Positions 28,216-36,412 of a stretch of 64,000 bases of DNA are shown in pieces. Under the pieces are notes generated by a model, which saw only the letters and a program-made list of their open reading frames with translations, did no database searches and was not told the DNA's origin. Position 1 is the stretch's first letter. The number at the start of each line of letters is the position of its first letter. A program made the position numbers and the translations under genes. Location: the NCBI GenBank assembly GCA_037131225.1, contig JBAXRM010000001.1:2672-66671 (forward strand), given 5' to 3'. The DNA comes from Nostocales cyanobacterium ELA583. GTDB lineage: Bacteria > Cyanobacteriota > Cyanobacteriia > Cyanobacteriales > Nostocaceae.

Positions 28216-29387
28216 TAGGGGAAAATTTTTCTACTAAACAGTTATTGGGTACGGTATTAGCTGTACAAGCGAATTTTTATCGAGTGCAGATGGATGAGGG
28301 GGAAAGGAGTCAGGAGGTAGAAGTTCATGACTCCAGGAGTTCAGAAGAAAGAAGAAAGAAGAAAGAAGAAAGCAATTTCTCTGGTACTCCCTTGCCTCTT
28401 GCCCCCTGCCCCCTGCCCCCTGCCCCTATCCTCTTGTGTACGCGGAGAACGCGCTTAAAAAAGATTGGTCAACAGGTGATGGTGGGCGATCGCGTAATCG
28501 TCGAGGAACCTGATTGGACTGATGGACGGGGGGCTATTAGTGAAGTTCTACCGCGTCATAGTCAATTAAATCGCCCTGCGATCGCTAATGTCAATCAAAT
28601 TCTCTTGGTTTTTGCGGTTGCAGACCCGCCCTTAGAACCTATTCAATTGAGTAGATTTTTAATTAAGGCGGAGTCTACAGGAGTTGATGTGCTGTTATGT
28701 TTGAATAAATGTGATTTAGTTTCTTCAGCAGAAAAACAGCAAATAAGCGATCGCCTCCTGGCTTGGGGTTATCAACCTTTATTTATTAGTGTGCAAAATC
28801 ACATTAATATTGACCAAATAGCCACATATTTGCAGGATAAAATCACTGTCATTGCTGGCCCTTCCGGTGTGGGAAAATCCAGCTTGATTAATAGTTTGAT
28901 TCCCGATATCAACCTGCGAGTGGGGGAAGTTTCCGGTAAATTAGCCCGTGGCCGCCATACCACCCGTCATGTAGAATTATTTGAAATGTCCGAAGGTGGG
29001 TTATTAGCAGATACTCCCGGTTTTAATCAACCTGATTTGGATTGTAGTCCCGAAGAGTTAATTCATTATTTCCCAGAAGCCAGAGAACGCCTAGCTGCGG
29101 CTCGTTGTCGCTTTAGTGATTGTATCCATAAAGATGAACCGGACTGTGTTGTCAGTGGTGACTGGGAAAGATATCAGCATTATTTAGAATTTTTGGCTGA
29201 TGCTATCACCCAACAAACCCATTTTAACCAACAAGCTGACCCCGAATCAAGTCTGAAATTAATATCTAAAGGCAAAGGTCAGAGTCAATACGAACCAAAA
29301 CTAGAAAGTAAAAAATATCGCCGAATTTCTCGAAAAACCCAGCTACAGGATTTGCAGAATTTATATCAAGACAGTGAAGAAGAATAA
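28212..29387 (+). CDS. rsgA: ribosome small-subunit-dependent GTPase A, with a low-complexity insertion
   Basis: LLGTVLAVQANFYRV (OB fold), LLCTRRTRLKKIGQQVMVGDRV, NKCDL, GPSGVGKSSL, RGRHTTR and the C-terminal CRFSDCIHKDEPDC zinc knuckle. I start it at ATG 28212, which overlaps the tusA-like stop (ATGA), rather than at the track start 28164. Confidence 0.85.
   Translation: MIGENFSTKQLLGTVLAVQANFYRVQMDEGERSQEVEVHDSRSSEERRKKKEESNFSGTPLPLAPCPLPPAPILLCTRRTRLKKIGQQVMVGDRVIVEEPDWTDGRGAISEVLPRHSQLNRPAIANVNQILLVFAVADPPLEPIQLSRFLIKAESTGVDVLLCLNKCDLVSSAEKQQISDRLLAWGYQPLFISVQNHINIDQIATYLQDKITVIAGPSGVGKSSLINSLIPDINLRVGEVSGKLARGRHTTRHVELFEMSEGGLLADTPGFNQPDLDCSPEELIHYFPEARERLAAARCRFSDCIHKDEPDCVVSGDWERYQHYLEFLADAITQQTHFNQQADPESSLKLISKGKGQSQYEPKLESKKYRRISRKTQLQDLQNLYQDSEEE
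28344..28428 (+). repeat. two heptamer arrays inside the rsgA ORF: (GAAGAAA)x4 and (GCCCCCT)x4-5
   Basis: GAAGAAA x4 at 28344-28371 encodes EERRKKKEE. gcctctt gccccct gccccct gccccct gccccta at 28394-28428 encodes PLPLAPCPLPPAP. Confidence 0.85.
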
Positions 29388-29421
29388 ATCAAAATTAAAT
29401 AAACAAGCGATTATAAATCAC

Positions 29422-29524
29422 GGCTACACAAACAAAGTCCACCTGCGTGGACTAAGAAAAACTATTTGTTTTTAACCCACGGAGGTGGGTTTTGCCTGTG
29501 TAGTTGCGGTTTCTAACCACCGAT
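29422..29524. repeat. two copies, in inverted orientation, of the hairpin repeat family seen at 3621-3672
   Basis: 29422-29453 (ggctacacaaacaaagtccacctgcgtggact) is about the reverse complement of 3623-3655. 29475-29522 (acccacggaggtgggttttgcctgtgtagttgcggtttctaaccac) is about 3624-3672 in direct orientation. Confidence 0.6.
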
Positions 29525-29552
29525 TTAAGGAAAAACGGAAAATCAAGTTCCC

Positions 29553-31106
29553 TCACCTTTGCAAGGGGAGGGTTAGGGTGGGATAAAAAGATATCTGCTT
29601 ATCAACATATTTCATAATGGCATCAATAATTTCTCCTTGGAGAATTTCACATAATACTTGTTTATTCCCTTGCTTGAGTTCTACCAATAATTCTTGAGTT
29701 CTCAAAGAGATATATTTTATAGTATCCTCCTCTGGTAAAATTATAGGAGTTTTTAAAATATACTTCGCAGAATTATTTGCAGATGGATTAATGGCTTTTA
29801 AATAACTCCAAAAAACTGGAGAATTACAATAAGCTAATAGAAAATATAAATCAACTGAAGATTTAGGAAAAATTCCTACAATAGATTGATCAAAAAGACT
29901 ATCTTCAATTAATGCTGCTGTAGGACGTTTAGAAGTTACCATAGGAAAGCCTATTCCTGTTTTGAAGTAGTAGGAAGAGTTTTGAAATCTTGATTTTTTA
30001 TGTGTTTTATAATGTTCTACCGCTGCCAAACTCCAATCTACATACCATTGAGTTGGTTTGATGAAATGATAACCACCACCTTTGAGAATTGGAATAAAAT
30101 GTTTTGTTCCTTCTATTCCATATAAATTATTTTCTAACTTAGCAGGGTTATATTCAATTGAATTATGATTAACAATTGAATAATCAGCCGAACCTTTTAC
30201 CAAAACTGATGCTTTATGCAGAAAGCGTTTATCATTTCCTGAATAAAAACCAGTCACACAATCAGCAATATCAGCCATTCTCATTACACTATCTGATAGT
30301 TCATTAAAAGCTAACTCATGACCAGATAGAGAAATAGATAAAGATTCACTTTTAAGAATATCTTTTTGAATAATAAATTTGCAATTATTTTGTATATTCG
30401 GAGATACTATCAAATCTGCAAGAGAATTAACAAATCTCATGGAAAAAGAATAGTTAAATTTGGGTTTTTCTGCACGGATAGAAATAATACAAAGACCAGC
30501 ATAACCAAAGGAAATACCAGGAAATAGCGAAGAACGAAAAGTATCTATACTTTCAATGGTAAATTCTGTAAGTAGATAACGTCTAATATTAATATGACTA
30601 TGAAGATACAAAAAAGTGTCGGGAATAATAAATACTAGTCTTCCTTTTTCAGCTAGTAATTTAAGACAACGGAGCAAAAAAACAGCATAAGTTTCTTTAA
30701 CATAAAACCCTGGATATTTTCTTTTTAATTCACTACGACGCTCGTATTCCTGCCAACCTCCATAGGGAGGATTTCCCAAAATCTTGGTAAATTTATGACC
30801 AAAAGATTCGCAAAGGTCTAAATCTGGACAAAAGATAGTATCCCTTTCTCGTATTTCTACATTTTTTAATTGACTAAACTTTAATTTAAGATTTTTTGCG
30901 TGTTCAGGATGTAATTCATAGGCAACAGATGATATATCTTTATTGATATCAAGTGCTGCTGCTAAAAGATGTCCTGCTCCAGCAGATGGTTCAAGTAATT
31001 TATCATTTATTTCTAGTCTCAGTAGTGAAGCCATATATGATGATAAAGCTGGATCTGATGTGAAATAAGTTTGGTATTGATCTTTATCTCTTGTTTCTAT
31101 TACCAT
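29553..31106 (-). CDS. N6-adenine DNA methyltransferase (gamma class, Eco57I/TaqI-like) with C-terminal target-recognition region; no endonuclease partner
   Basis: Motif I LEPSAGAGHLL and motif IV ILGNPPYGGW (NPPY). 517 aa. It is visibly more AT-rich than its neighbours. The last 8 codons (PTLTLPLQR*) are encoded by a dispersed repeat. Confidence 0.8.
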   Translation of the reverse strand: MVIETRDKDQYQTYFTSDPALSSYMASLLRLEINDKLLEPSAGAGHLLAAALDINKDISSVAYELHPEHAKNLKLKFSQLKNVEIRERDTIFCPDLDLCESFGHKFTKILGNPPYGGWQEYERRSELKRKYPGFYVKETYAVFLLRCLKLLAEKGRLVFIIPDTFLYLHSHINIRRYLLTEFTIESIDTFRSSLFPGISFGYAGLCIISIRAEKPKFNYSFSMRFVNSLADLIVSPNIQNNCKFIIQKDILKSESLSISLSGHELAFNELSDSVMRMADIADCVTGFYSGNDKRFLHKASVLVKGSADYSIVNHNSIEYNPAKLENNLYGIEGTKHFIPILKGGGYHFIKPTQWYVDWSLAAVEHYKTHKKSRFQNSSYYFKTGIGFPMVTSKRPTAALIEDSLFDQSIVGIFPKSSVDLYFLLAYCNSPVFWSYLKAINPSANNSAKYILKTPIILPEEDTIKYISLRTQELLVELKQGNKQVLCEILQGEIIDAIMKYVDKQISFYPTLTLPLQR

Positions 31107-31236
31107 TGTAAATATCCCATTAAATTAGATTTTTGAAAATCATTTACTGTTGTACTTAATAAATCATTTCGCCAGTTAATATTTGAATTTATCCAGTTTT
31201 GGAGATCAAAGCCTGTAAATTCACCAAGTCCTTACC

Positions 31237-31345
31237 ATATAGCGGTATGCACTTGAATGAGATACATCATAAGCCCCCTCCTCGCTTGCGGGGAGGGGGT
31301 TGGGGGTGGGGTTCTTGTATCTCACTCAACCGAGAACCGCTATAT
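31237..31345. repeat. MITE-like element with imperfect ~30-nt inverted ends and a GC-rich hairpin core
   Basis: The ends atatagcggtatgcacttgaatgagatacat and ttgtatctcactcaaccgagaaccgctatat are inverted with central mismatches. The core is ccccctcctcgcttgcggggaggggg. A related core occurs at 29550-29582. Confidence 0.45.
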
Positions 31346-31418
31346 CTTGTTCCTAATCTCCGAGAGAACCCGTCCAGGTTTCACAGTTTCTTTAAAATTA
31401 CTCTTTTTTGCAAACCTC

Positions 31419-31449
31419 TTGACTTAACTCAGGTGATATGTGCTATAAT
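31419..31449 (+). promoter_or_regulatory. candidate promoter of tRNA-Ala
   Basis: TTGACT (31419-31424), a 19-nt spacer, then consensus TATAAT (31444-31449). The tRNA 5' end lies 20 nt downstream. The spacer is longer than optimal. Confidence 0.35.
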
Positions 31450-31468
31450 GAAAAAGTTAAAATTTTTC

Positions 31469-31541
31469 GGGGTTATAGCGCAGTTGGTAGCGCACCTCAA
31501 TGGCATTGAGGGGGTCAGCGGTTCGAATCCGCTTAGCTCCA
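31469..31541 (+). tRNA. tRNA-Ala (anticodon GGC)
   Basis: Hand-folded cloverleaf: acceptor GGGGTTA/TAGCTCC with the G3:U70 alanine identity pair, D stem GCGC/GCGC, anticodon stem CCTCA/TGAGG, loop A-T-GGC-A-T, T stem AGCGG/CCGCT, T loop TTCGAAT and discriminator A73. CCA is not encoded. Confidence 0.95.
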
Positions 31542-31822
31542 TTAGACTATACGAGGCTACTCAGGTCTGAAACTCTACTTATAAGTCATCAAAAAGACTT
31601 GTGGAGATTCCAGAACAGAAGTTGATTTTAGCTTTTATATTGAGCAAACCATTGCTACTGTGTCCGATGTAAAAAAAATGGCATTTAATTATGGAGTGCC
31701 TTTTTCATCAATTCCAGAGTTTTTATAGTTACAAGCAAGCTACCCCATTACACTTATTTTTTATTGATGAAAATAACCAAAGCTTGATAAGATATTGGCA
31801 ATCTAGCTGGTAAGTTAAAAAA

Positions 31823-32206
31823 ATGCCAAGCATAAACGTTGAAGTTCAATTATCGTCGGAACAACTGCTTCAAGCTGTTGAACAATTAACCCAACCACAT
31901 TTAGAACAGTTTCTTTCTCAGCTTGTAATTTTGCATACTCATAAGAAAGCAGCCTCTTTGCTCAAAAATGAAGCGAAATTTTTTTTAAAACCAGATCAAG
32001 ATATTATTATAGATAATAATAATTATGAAAAATTGATAGATAACACAGAAGTAGAAATATTAACAAAAGAAGAATATCAAGCATTATTATATCTGGGGGA
32101 ACAGATAGATAAACTACAAGCACAACGGATAGAATATATGGCAGAATTGGCAAAAATATATGGTATTTCCTTAACTAAACTTATGGAAAAGCTAGGACTT
32201 GAATAG
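31823..32206 (+). CDS. hypothetical protein (127 aa)
   Basis: Clean ORF with a helical Gln/Leu-rich N-terminus and a C-terminal ...AQRIEYMAELAKIYGISLTKLMEKLGLE, which resembles short cyanobacterial proteins of unknown function. The middle is Asn/Ile-rich. Confidence 0.4.
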   Translation: MPSINVEVQLSSEQLLQAVEQLTQPHLEQFLSQLVILHTHKKAASLLKNEAKFFLKPDQDIIIDNNNYEKLIDNTEVEILTKEEYQALLYLGEQIDKLQAQRIEYMAELAKIYGISLTKLMEKLGLE

Positions 32207-32298
32207 AGATAAAATTAATAATTGGTAATTGGGTATTGGCAGATGTAGGAATCGCCTGTATATTTTATCTTACATTGGATATATGATCAGAGAACTTT

Positions 32299-33192
32299 AT
32301 GGTAACTAAAACACCGCAATGGTTTGAAACCGCTTTACAAATCAAAGGTTCAGTCATTGCTGCAATTTATAAACGGGTGCTTTTATTTGGGGCTTTTGGG
32401 GTATTTATTTCTATACTTTATCATTTTCAAGTCCCCGTTTCTCAACCAATGTTGAGTAGTGTGATTCCCAGTATTGTTTTAGGTTTATTATTAGTATTTC
32501 GCACTAATACAGCTTATGACCGCTTTTGGGAAGGGAGAAAATCCTGGGGGACAATAGTTAATACTATCCGTAATTTAGCTCGACAGATTTGGATATCTAT
32601 TGATGAAAAAGAACCAGAAGATAGAGATCATAAAATTGATGCTTTAAACTTACTTCTTGCCTTCGGAGTAGCCACAAAATTACATTTACGAAGTGAACCT
32701 ATCAATAGTGATTTGGAAGCACTAATGCCCACTTCTCAATATATTAATTTAACGATTATCAATAATCCTCCTTTAGAGGTGGCTTTTTGGATTACTAATT
32801 ATTTGCAACAGCAGTATAAACGTAATTGCATCAATAGTTATCAATTCGCAGCTATGCAAGAATTATTAAATATACTGGTAGATAATTTAGGTGCTTGTGA
32901 AAGAATTTTGAAAACACCCATGCCTTTAGCTTATGCTATTCATCTCAAACAATTATTGTTACTATATTGCTTCTTCTTACCATTTCAAATAGTAGCCAAT
33001 CTTCATTGGTGGACAGGTTTAATTTCTGCCTTAGTTAGCTTTACTTTGTTAGGTATTGAAGCCATTGGTTTGGAAATAGAAAACCCCTTTGGTTATGATG
33101 AAAATGACCTACCTCTAGACGCAATTTGCATAAATATGAAACGAAATATTGATGATTTAATCAGCTTAAATCCTACTGTGAGTAAATTTTGA
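32299..33192 (+). CDS. bestrophin-family (UPF0187/YneE-like) ion channel
   Basis: Hydrophobic N-terminal helices, then LLVFRTNTAYDRFWEGRKSWG and ...PMPLAYAIHLK..., typical of bacterial bestrophin homologues. Confidence 0.7.
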   Translation: MVTKTPQWFETALQIKGSVIAAIYKRVLLFGAFGVFISILYHFQVPVSQPMLSSVIPSIVLGLLLVFRTNTAYDRFWEGRKSWGTIVNTIRNLARQIWISIDEKEPEDRDHKIDALNLLLAFGVATKLHLRSEPINSDLEALMPTSQYINLTIINNPPLEVAFWITNYLQQQYKRNCINSYQFAAMQELLNILVDNLGACERILKTPMPLAYAIHLKQLLLLYCFFLPFQIVANLHWWTGLISALVSFTLLGIEAIGLEIENPFGYDENDLPLDAICINMKRNIDDLISLNPTVSKF

Positions 33193-33226
33193 ATTTTCCC
33201 AATCATGGGTAATTCAAAATCTCATC

Positions 33227-34129
33227 TTAATTGGGGGAAATAGAAGCTATAAATGGGGAAATTGCCTCAACAAATGCCTGAGTATATTCATAAGGCATAA
33301 CATTTTTACCAATGATTTTTACTCCCTGACTTTGAGGTAAGCAATTTAAATAATATGCTAATCTTTCATCAGTCGTTTCTGTTTTACTTTCTTTACTAAT
33401 ACCGCGAGCTTTTTCTCCCACAACTAATAATGTTCGCTGGGAAATAGAGGCAATATCACTACTGTAATCTCTTTGCCAAAATCTCGCTAAAAAAGCAAAT
33501 ACCGCATAACGCCCATTCATATTTTTAGCATCTGCTATGAGAGTATTTAGCCATTCATCATCAACATTTTCACTCATAGCAAATAATTTTTCAGACGAGA
33601 AAGAATACAAAAATTTGCGAGTTCTAGCATAGCGGAAAAAAGCATTACCTATGGGAGATATAAAAATACCCCAAAGCAAGTTTTGTTGCCATTTGGGAGC
33701 ATTTTTAGTAATAACTGGACGAGATGTAGGATCTGATAATACTAACCCAGCAATTAAATCTTGTTCCAGTTTAACTAATTCAATAGCAACCGGTAACAAA
33801 GCTCCTTGCACTACAATAATAACAGGCTGTTTAACTACGGTTTCCAAGAAGTGTTGTAACTGTTTTGCCCAGTTAATTGGTGTATGTGCTAAAGCTGGCA
33901 TATCACTTTCACCACATCCCAATAAATCAGGATTGTAAATAGAATTTTGGTGGTTTTTATCATACCATTCACGGCAAAATCGCTGCCAAAACTGTCGTGA
34001 TAAGCCGACACCAATGGGATGAATTAAAAGTAAAGGAATGCCCGTTGCTGGAGAATTAAGAGGTTGATGAATTTCGTAAGCACAGCGGTAATTTTGCCAA
34101 GTATAATACTGAGTTGGAGATGATGACAT
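33227..34129 (-). CDS. alpha/beta hydrolase fold protein
   Basis: PLLLIHPIGVGLS near the N-terminus, 300 aa, with the overall alpha/beta-hydrolase pattern. The nucleophile motif is atypical (VVQGALLP). Confidence 0.6.
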   Translation of the reverse strand: MSSSPTQYYTWQNYRCAYEIHQPLNSPATGIPLLLIHPIGVGLSRQFWQRFCREWYDKNHQNSIYNPDLLGCGESDMPALAHTPINWAKQLQHFLETVVKQPVIIVVQGALLPVAIELVKLEQDLIAGLVLSDPTSRPVITKNAPKWQQNLLWGIFISPIGNAFFRYARTRKFLYSFSSEKLFAMSENVDDEWLNTLIADAKNMNGRYAVFAFLARFWQRDYSSDIASISQRTLLVVGEKARGISKESKTETTDERLAYYLNCLPQSQGVKIIGKNVMPYEYTQAFVEAISPFIASISPN

Positions 34130-34150
34130 GATAAAAATTTTGAATGGTGG

Positions 34151-34981
34151 CTAAAAAATTATGCGAGGATGAATCAATTGATATCCGGCATCTTTCAATT
34201 TCTGATTCGATACCCAGGCATTATATGGACGGATATTTTTATTATCTGCATCCCAAATAACATTAGGTAAATTATTGTTTGTCATTACATTATCAAGTAA
34301 TTCTTTATTTGTGAGATGACTATCATCAACAAGATTATAAATACCTTGTAAACGATGCTCACGAGCAAATTCTATCGTGCTAACAATATCATCAAGATGA
34401 ATCCAATTGGTAATATCTTCCCCATTACCAGGACGAGTTGTTCCTGCGGCTCTACTAAATATTTTTTTTAGTTCTCTACCCGGTCCATAAATACCTCCTA
34501 AACGTAAAATACAAACGCGGGTATTCTCATTATTTGCTGATAATAATATATCCTCTGCTTTTCGCAGTAGTTGAGAATTGCGATTAGCTGGTGCCGGTGG
34601 ACTTTCTTCATCTACCCATATACCATTTCTATCTCCATAAATTGAATAACTACCTGTATATATTACTTGGTGAATATGAGGAAATTTGGGCAAAAGAGCA
34701 ACTATATTTTTAGCAGTTTCTACATAAGTCTCTTCATAGGAATCTGCACTTTTTGCCCCTACACTTAATAAAATAACTTCTTGATTTTTTAATACGGCTT
34801 TCAAATTTTCCACCTCATTACCTGAAGTAACTATGACCTTTTGTGCCACTGTTTCTAAAGTAGGTATCCGTTCTGAGTTAGTGGTAGTTGCAGTCAGCAT
34901 AAAATTACTATTTGACTGCCAATATTTGCTAACTGCATAACCTACATAACCACAGCCAATAATTGCAATGTTCATGATCAT
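34151..34981 (-). CDS. NAD(P)-binding Rossmann-fold oxidoreductase / epimerase-like (SDR superfamily)
   Basis: N-terminal IAIIGCGYVG dinucleotide motif, YSIYG and WIHLDD blocks. 276 aa. Confidence 0.65.
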   Translation of the reverse strand: MIMNIAIIGCGYVGYAVSKYWQSNSNFMLTATTTNSERIPTLETVAQKVIVTSGNEVENLKAVLKNQEVILLSVGAKSADSYEETYVETAKNIVALLPKFPHIHQVIYTGSYSIYGDRNGIWVDEESPPAPANRNSQLLRKAEDILLSANNENTRVCILRLGGIYGPGRELKKIFSRAAGTTRPGNGEDITNWIHLDDIVSTIEFAREHRLQGIYNLVDDSHLTNKELLDNVMTNNNLPNVIWDADNKNIRPYNAWVSNQKLKDAGYQLIHPRIIF

Positions 34982-35349
34982 TAATAAAACTAAAATAAAT
35001 TATTTTTAACAATTACCAGTCAATAATCAATAGTACAGGAATCCAGAAGTTTTTAACTAACAAGTATTAGTTTTACTTTTTATTTCTGCCTATTCAAATA
35101 TATAACTTTAGGAGGAAGCCACATTGATCATTAAATTTTGTGAATATAGCATCCTTTTTTGTCTGTAAACTTGCCTTATGCAGTCAAGCCGCAGGAGGTA
35201 GATTCTCTCACATATCATGGAGTATGGCTATATTATTAATTTTAGTGGCTATAACTATGTTAATCACTGGTAATCTAATTAGCAAGAAATATTACTAAGT
35301 TTTTTTATATTATAAGTAATTTTAACTTGCTTTTTAGCTAGAATTGTTG

Positions 35350-36021
35350 TTAGGTATGAATTATACCATCAGGCATGATGGCTCCAGCTAATTTAGCACC
35401 AATTAATTTTACCAGCAAGCGATCGCCTGAACGAATTCTCGCCCCTGTCAAATCAGCACCACGCAAATCAGCACCGCTAAGATCCGCACCAATCAAATTT
35501 GCCGAGCGTAAATTAGCATCTCTTAAATCTGCTAAGAGTAAGTTAGCTCTAAATAAATTCGCTTCTGACAAATCCGCACCTCTAAGAATCACCTTGTGCA
35601 TAAAGGTATCACTAAGATTAGAACCGCTTAAATTTGCATAACTCAAATTTCTGCCTGATAAATCCCGGTTACTCAAATTAGCACGACTAAAATCTTTACC
35701 GCTTAAATCTGAATTTGCCTGTGGTTGTTGATGGTTTGTTTGTGGTGAAGAATATGGATATGATGACTTATCTGCTTGATGTGTGGGAGAATAAGAGCGC
35801 GTAGGCTGTTTGTCTTGTAAAGAGCGCAATTTATCACGAGCTTCATTAAATAATTTCAGCTTTTCCTGTGCTTTGTGTTGTAAGCGCGGATTATCTTTGG
35901 GGAGGCGGTCCGGGTGCCAAACAAACACCAAATCTTTATAAGCCTGGTTTATCTGTTCTAGTGTGGCCCCTGGCTCTAATTCTAAGATTCTGTAGTACCT
36001 CTCCAATTCGCTGCTCGTCAT
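35350..36021 (-). CDS. J-domain protein with C-terminal pentapeptide repeats
   Basis: YYRILELEPGATLEQINQAYKDLVFVWHPDR (J domain with HPD), followed by A(D/N)LSxANLxx pentapeptide repeats. Confidence 0.85.
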   Translation of the reverse strand: MTSSELERYYRILELEPGATLEQINQAYKDLVFVWHPDRLPKDNPRLQHKAQEKLKLFNEARDKLRSLQDKQPTRSYSPTHQADKSSYPYSSPQTNHQQPQANSDLSGKDFSRANLSNRDLSGRNLSYANLSGSNLSDTFMHKVILRGADLSEANLFRANLLLADLRDANLRSANLIGADLSGADLRGADLTGARIRSGDRLLVKLIGAKLAGAIMPDGIIHT

Positions 36022-36412
36022 GGTGTATTGGTGAATATTAATTAATTTTTGAACAAATGATGAGTTATGCGGTTATTTTTTCAGTATAGCCATTGATTGC
36101 TACTGCTATCTGCATTAAACATAAATTTGGCAATAAAAACATTAAGAATAATCATAAAATCCGTGCTTTTTGCGAGAAATAAATCTGATAATTTGTGGGC
36201 AAATTTACCATAAAATGTTGATTAGGCAGTTTGCAGCTTTCCCAGAATCTAGCAGTAATTTAAGCAGCTTATTTTTTTGTTAGAAAAATTCTAGGCTAAA
36301 ATGTAATAGTTAATTTGTTACAAATCTGCCCAAATTACCATATTCTATAAACTCAGGTTTGAGTTGATTCTCAACTGCGTATAAGTTAACTTATTTTTTA
36401 AGCGGACTTTCT

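Noticed and set aside
31199-31570. 123-aa plus-strand ORF
   Set aside because: It runs through a MITE-like repeat (the GGGWGWG translation comes from the GC-rich hairpin) and straight across the tRNA-Ala gene. It is not a credible protein.
35224-35298. 24-aa hydrophobic ORF (MAILLILVAITMLITGNLISKKYY) in the spacer before the J-domain gene
   Set aside because: It could be a small membrane peptide. However, the GGAG is only 1 nt from the ATG, I recognise no family, and such ORFs arise easily in AT-rich sequence.
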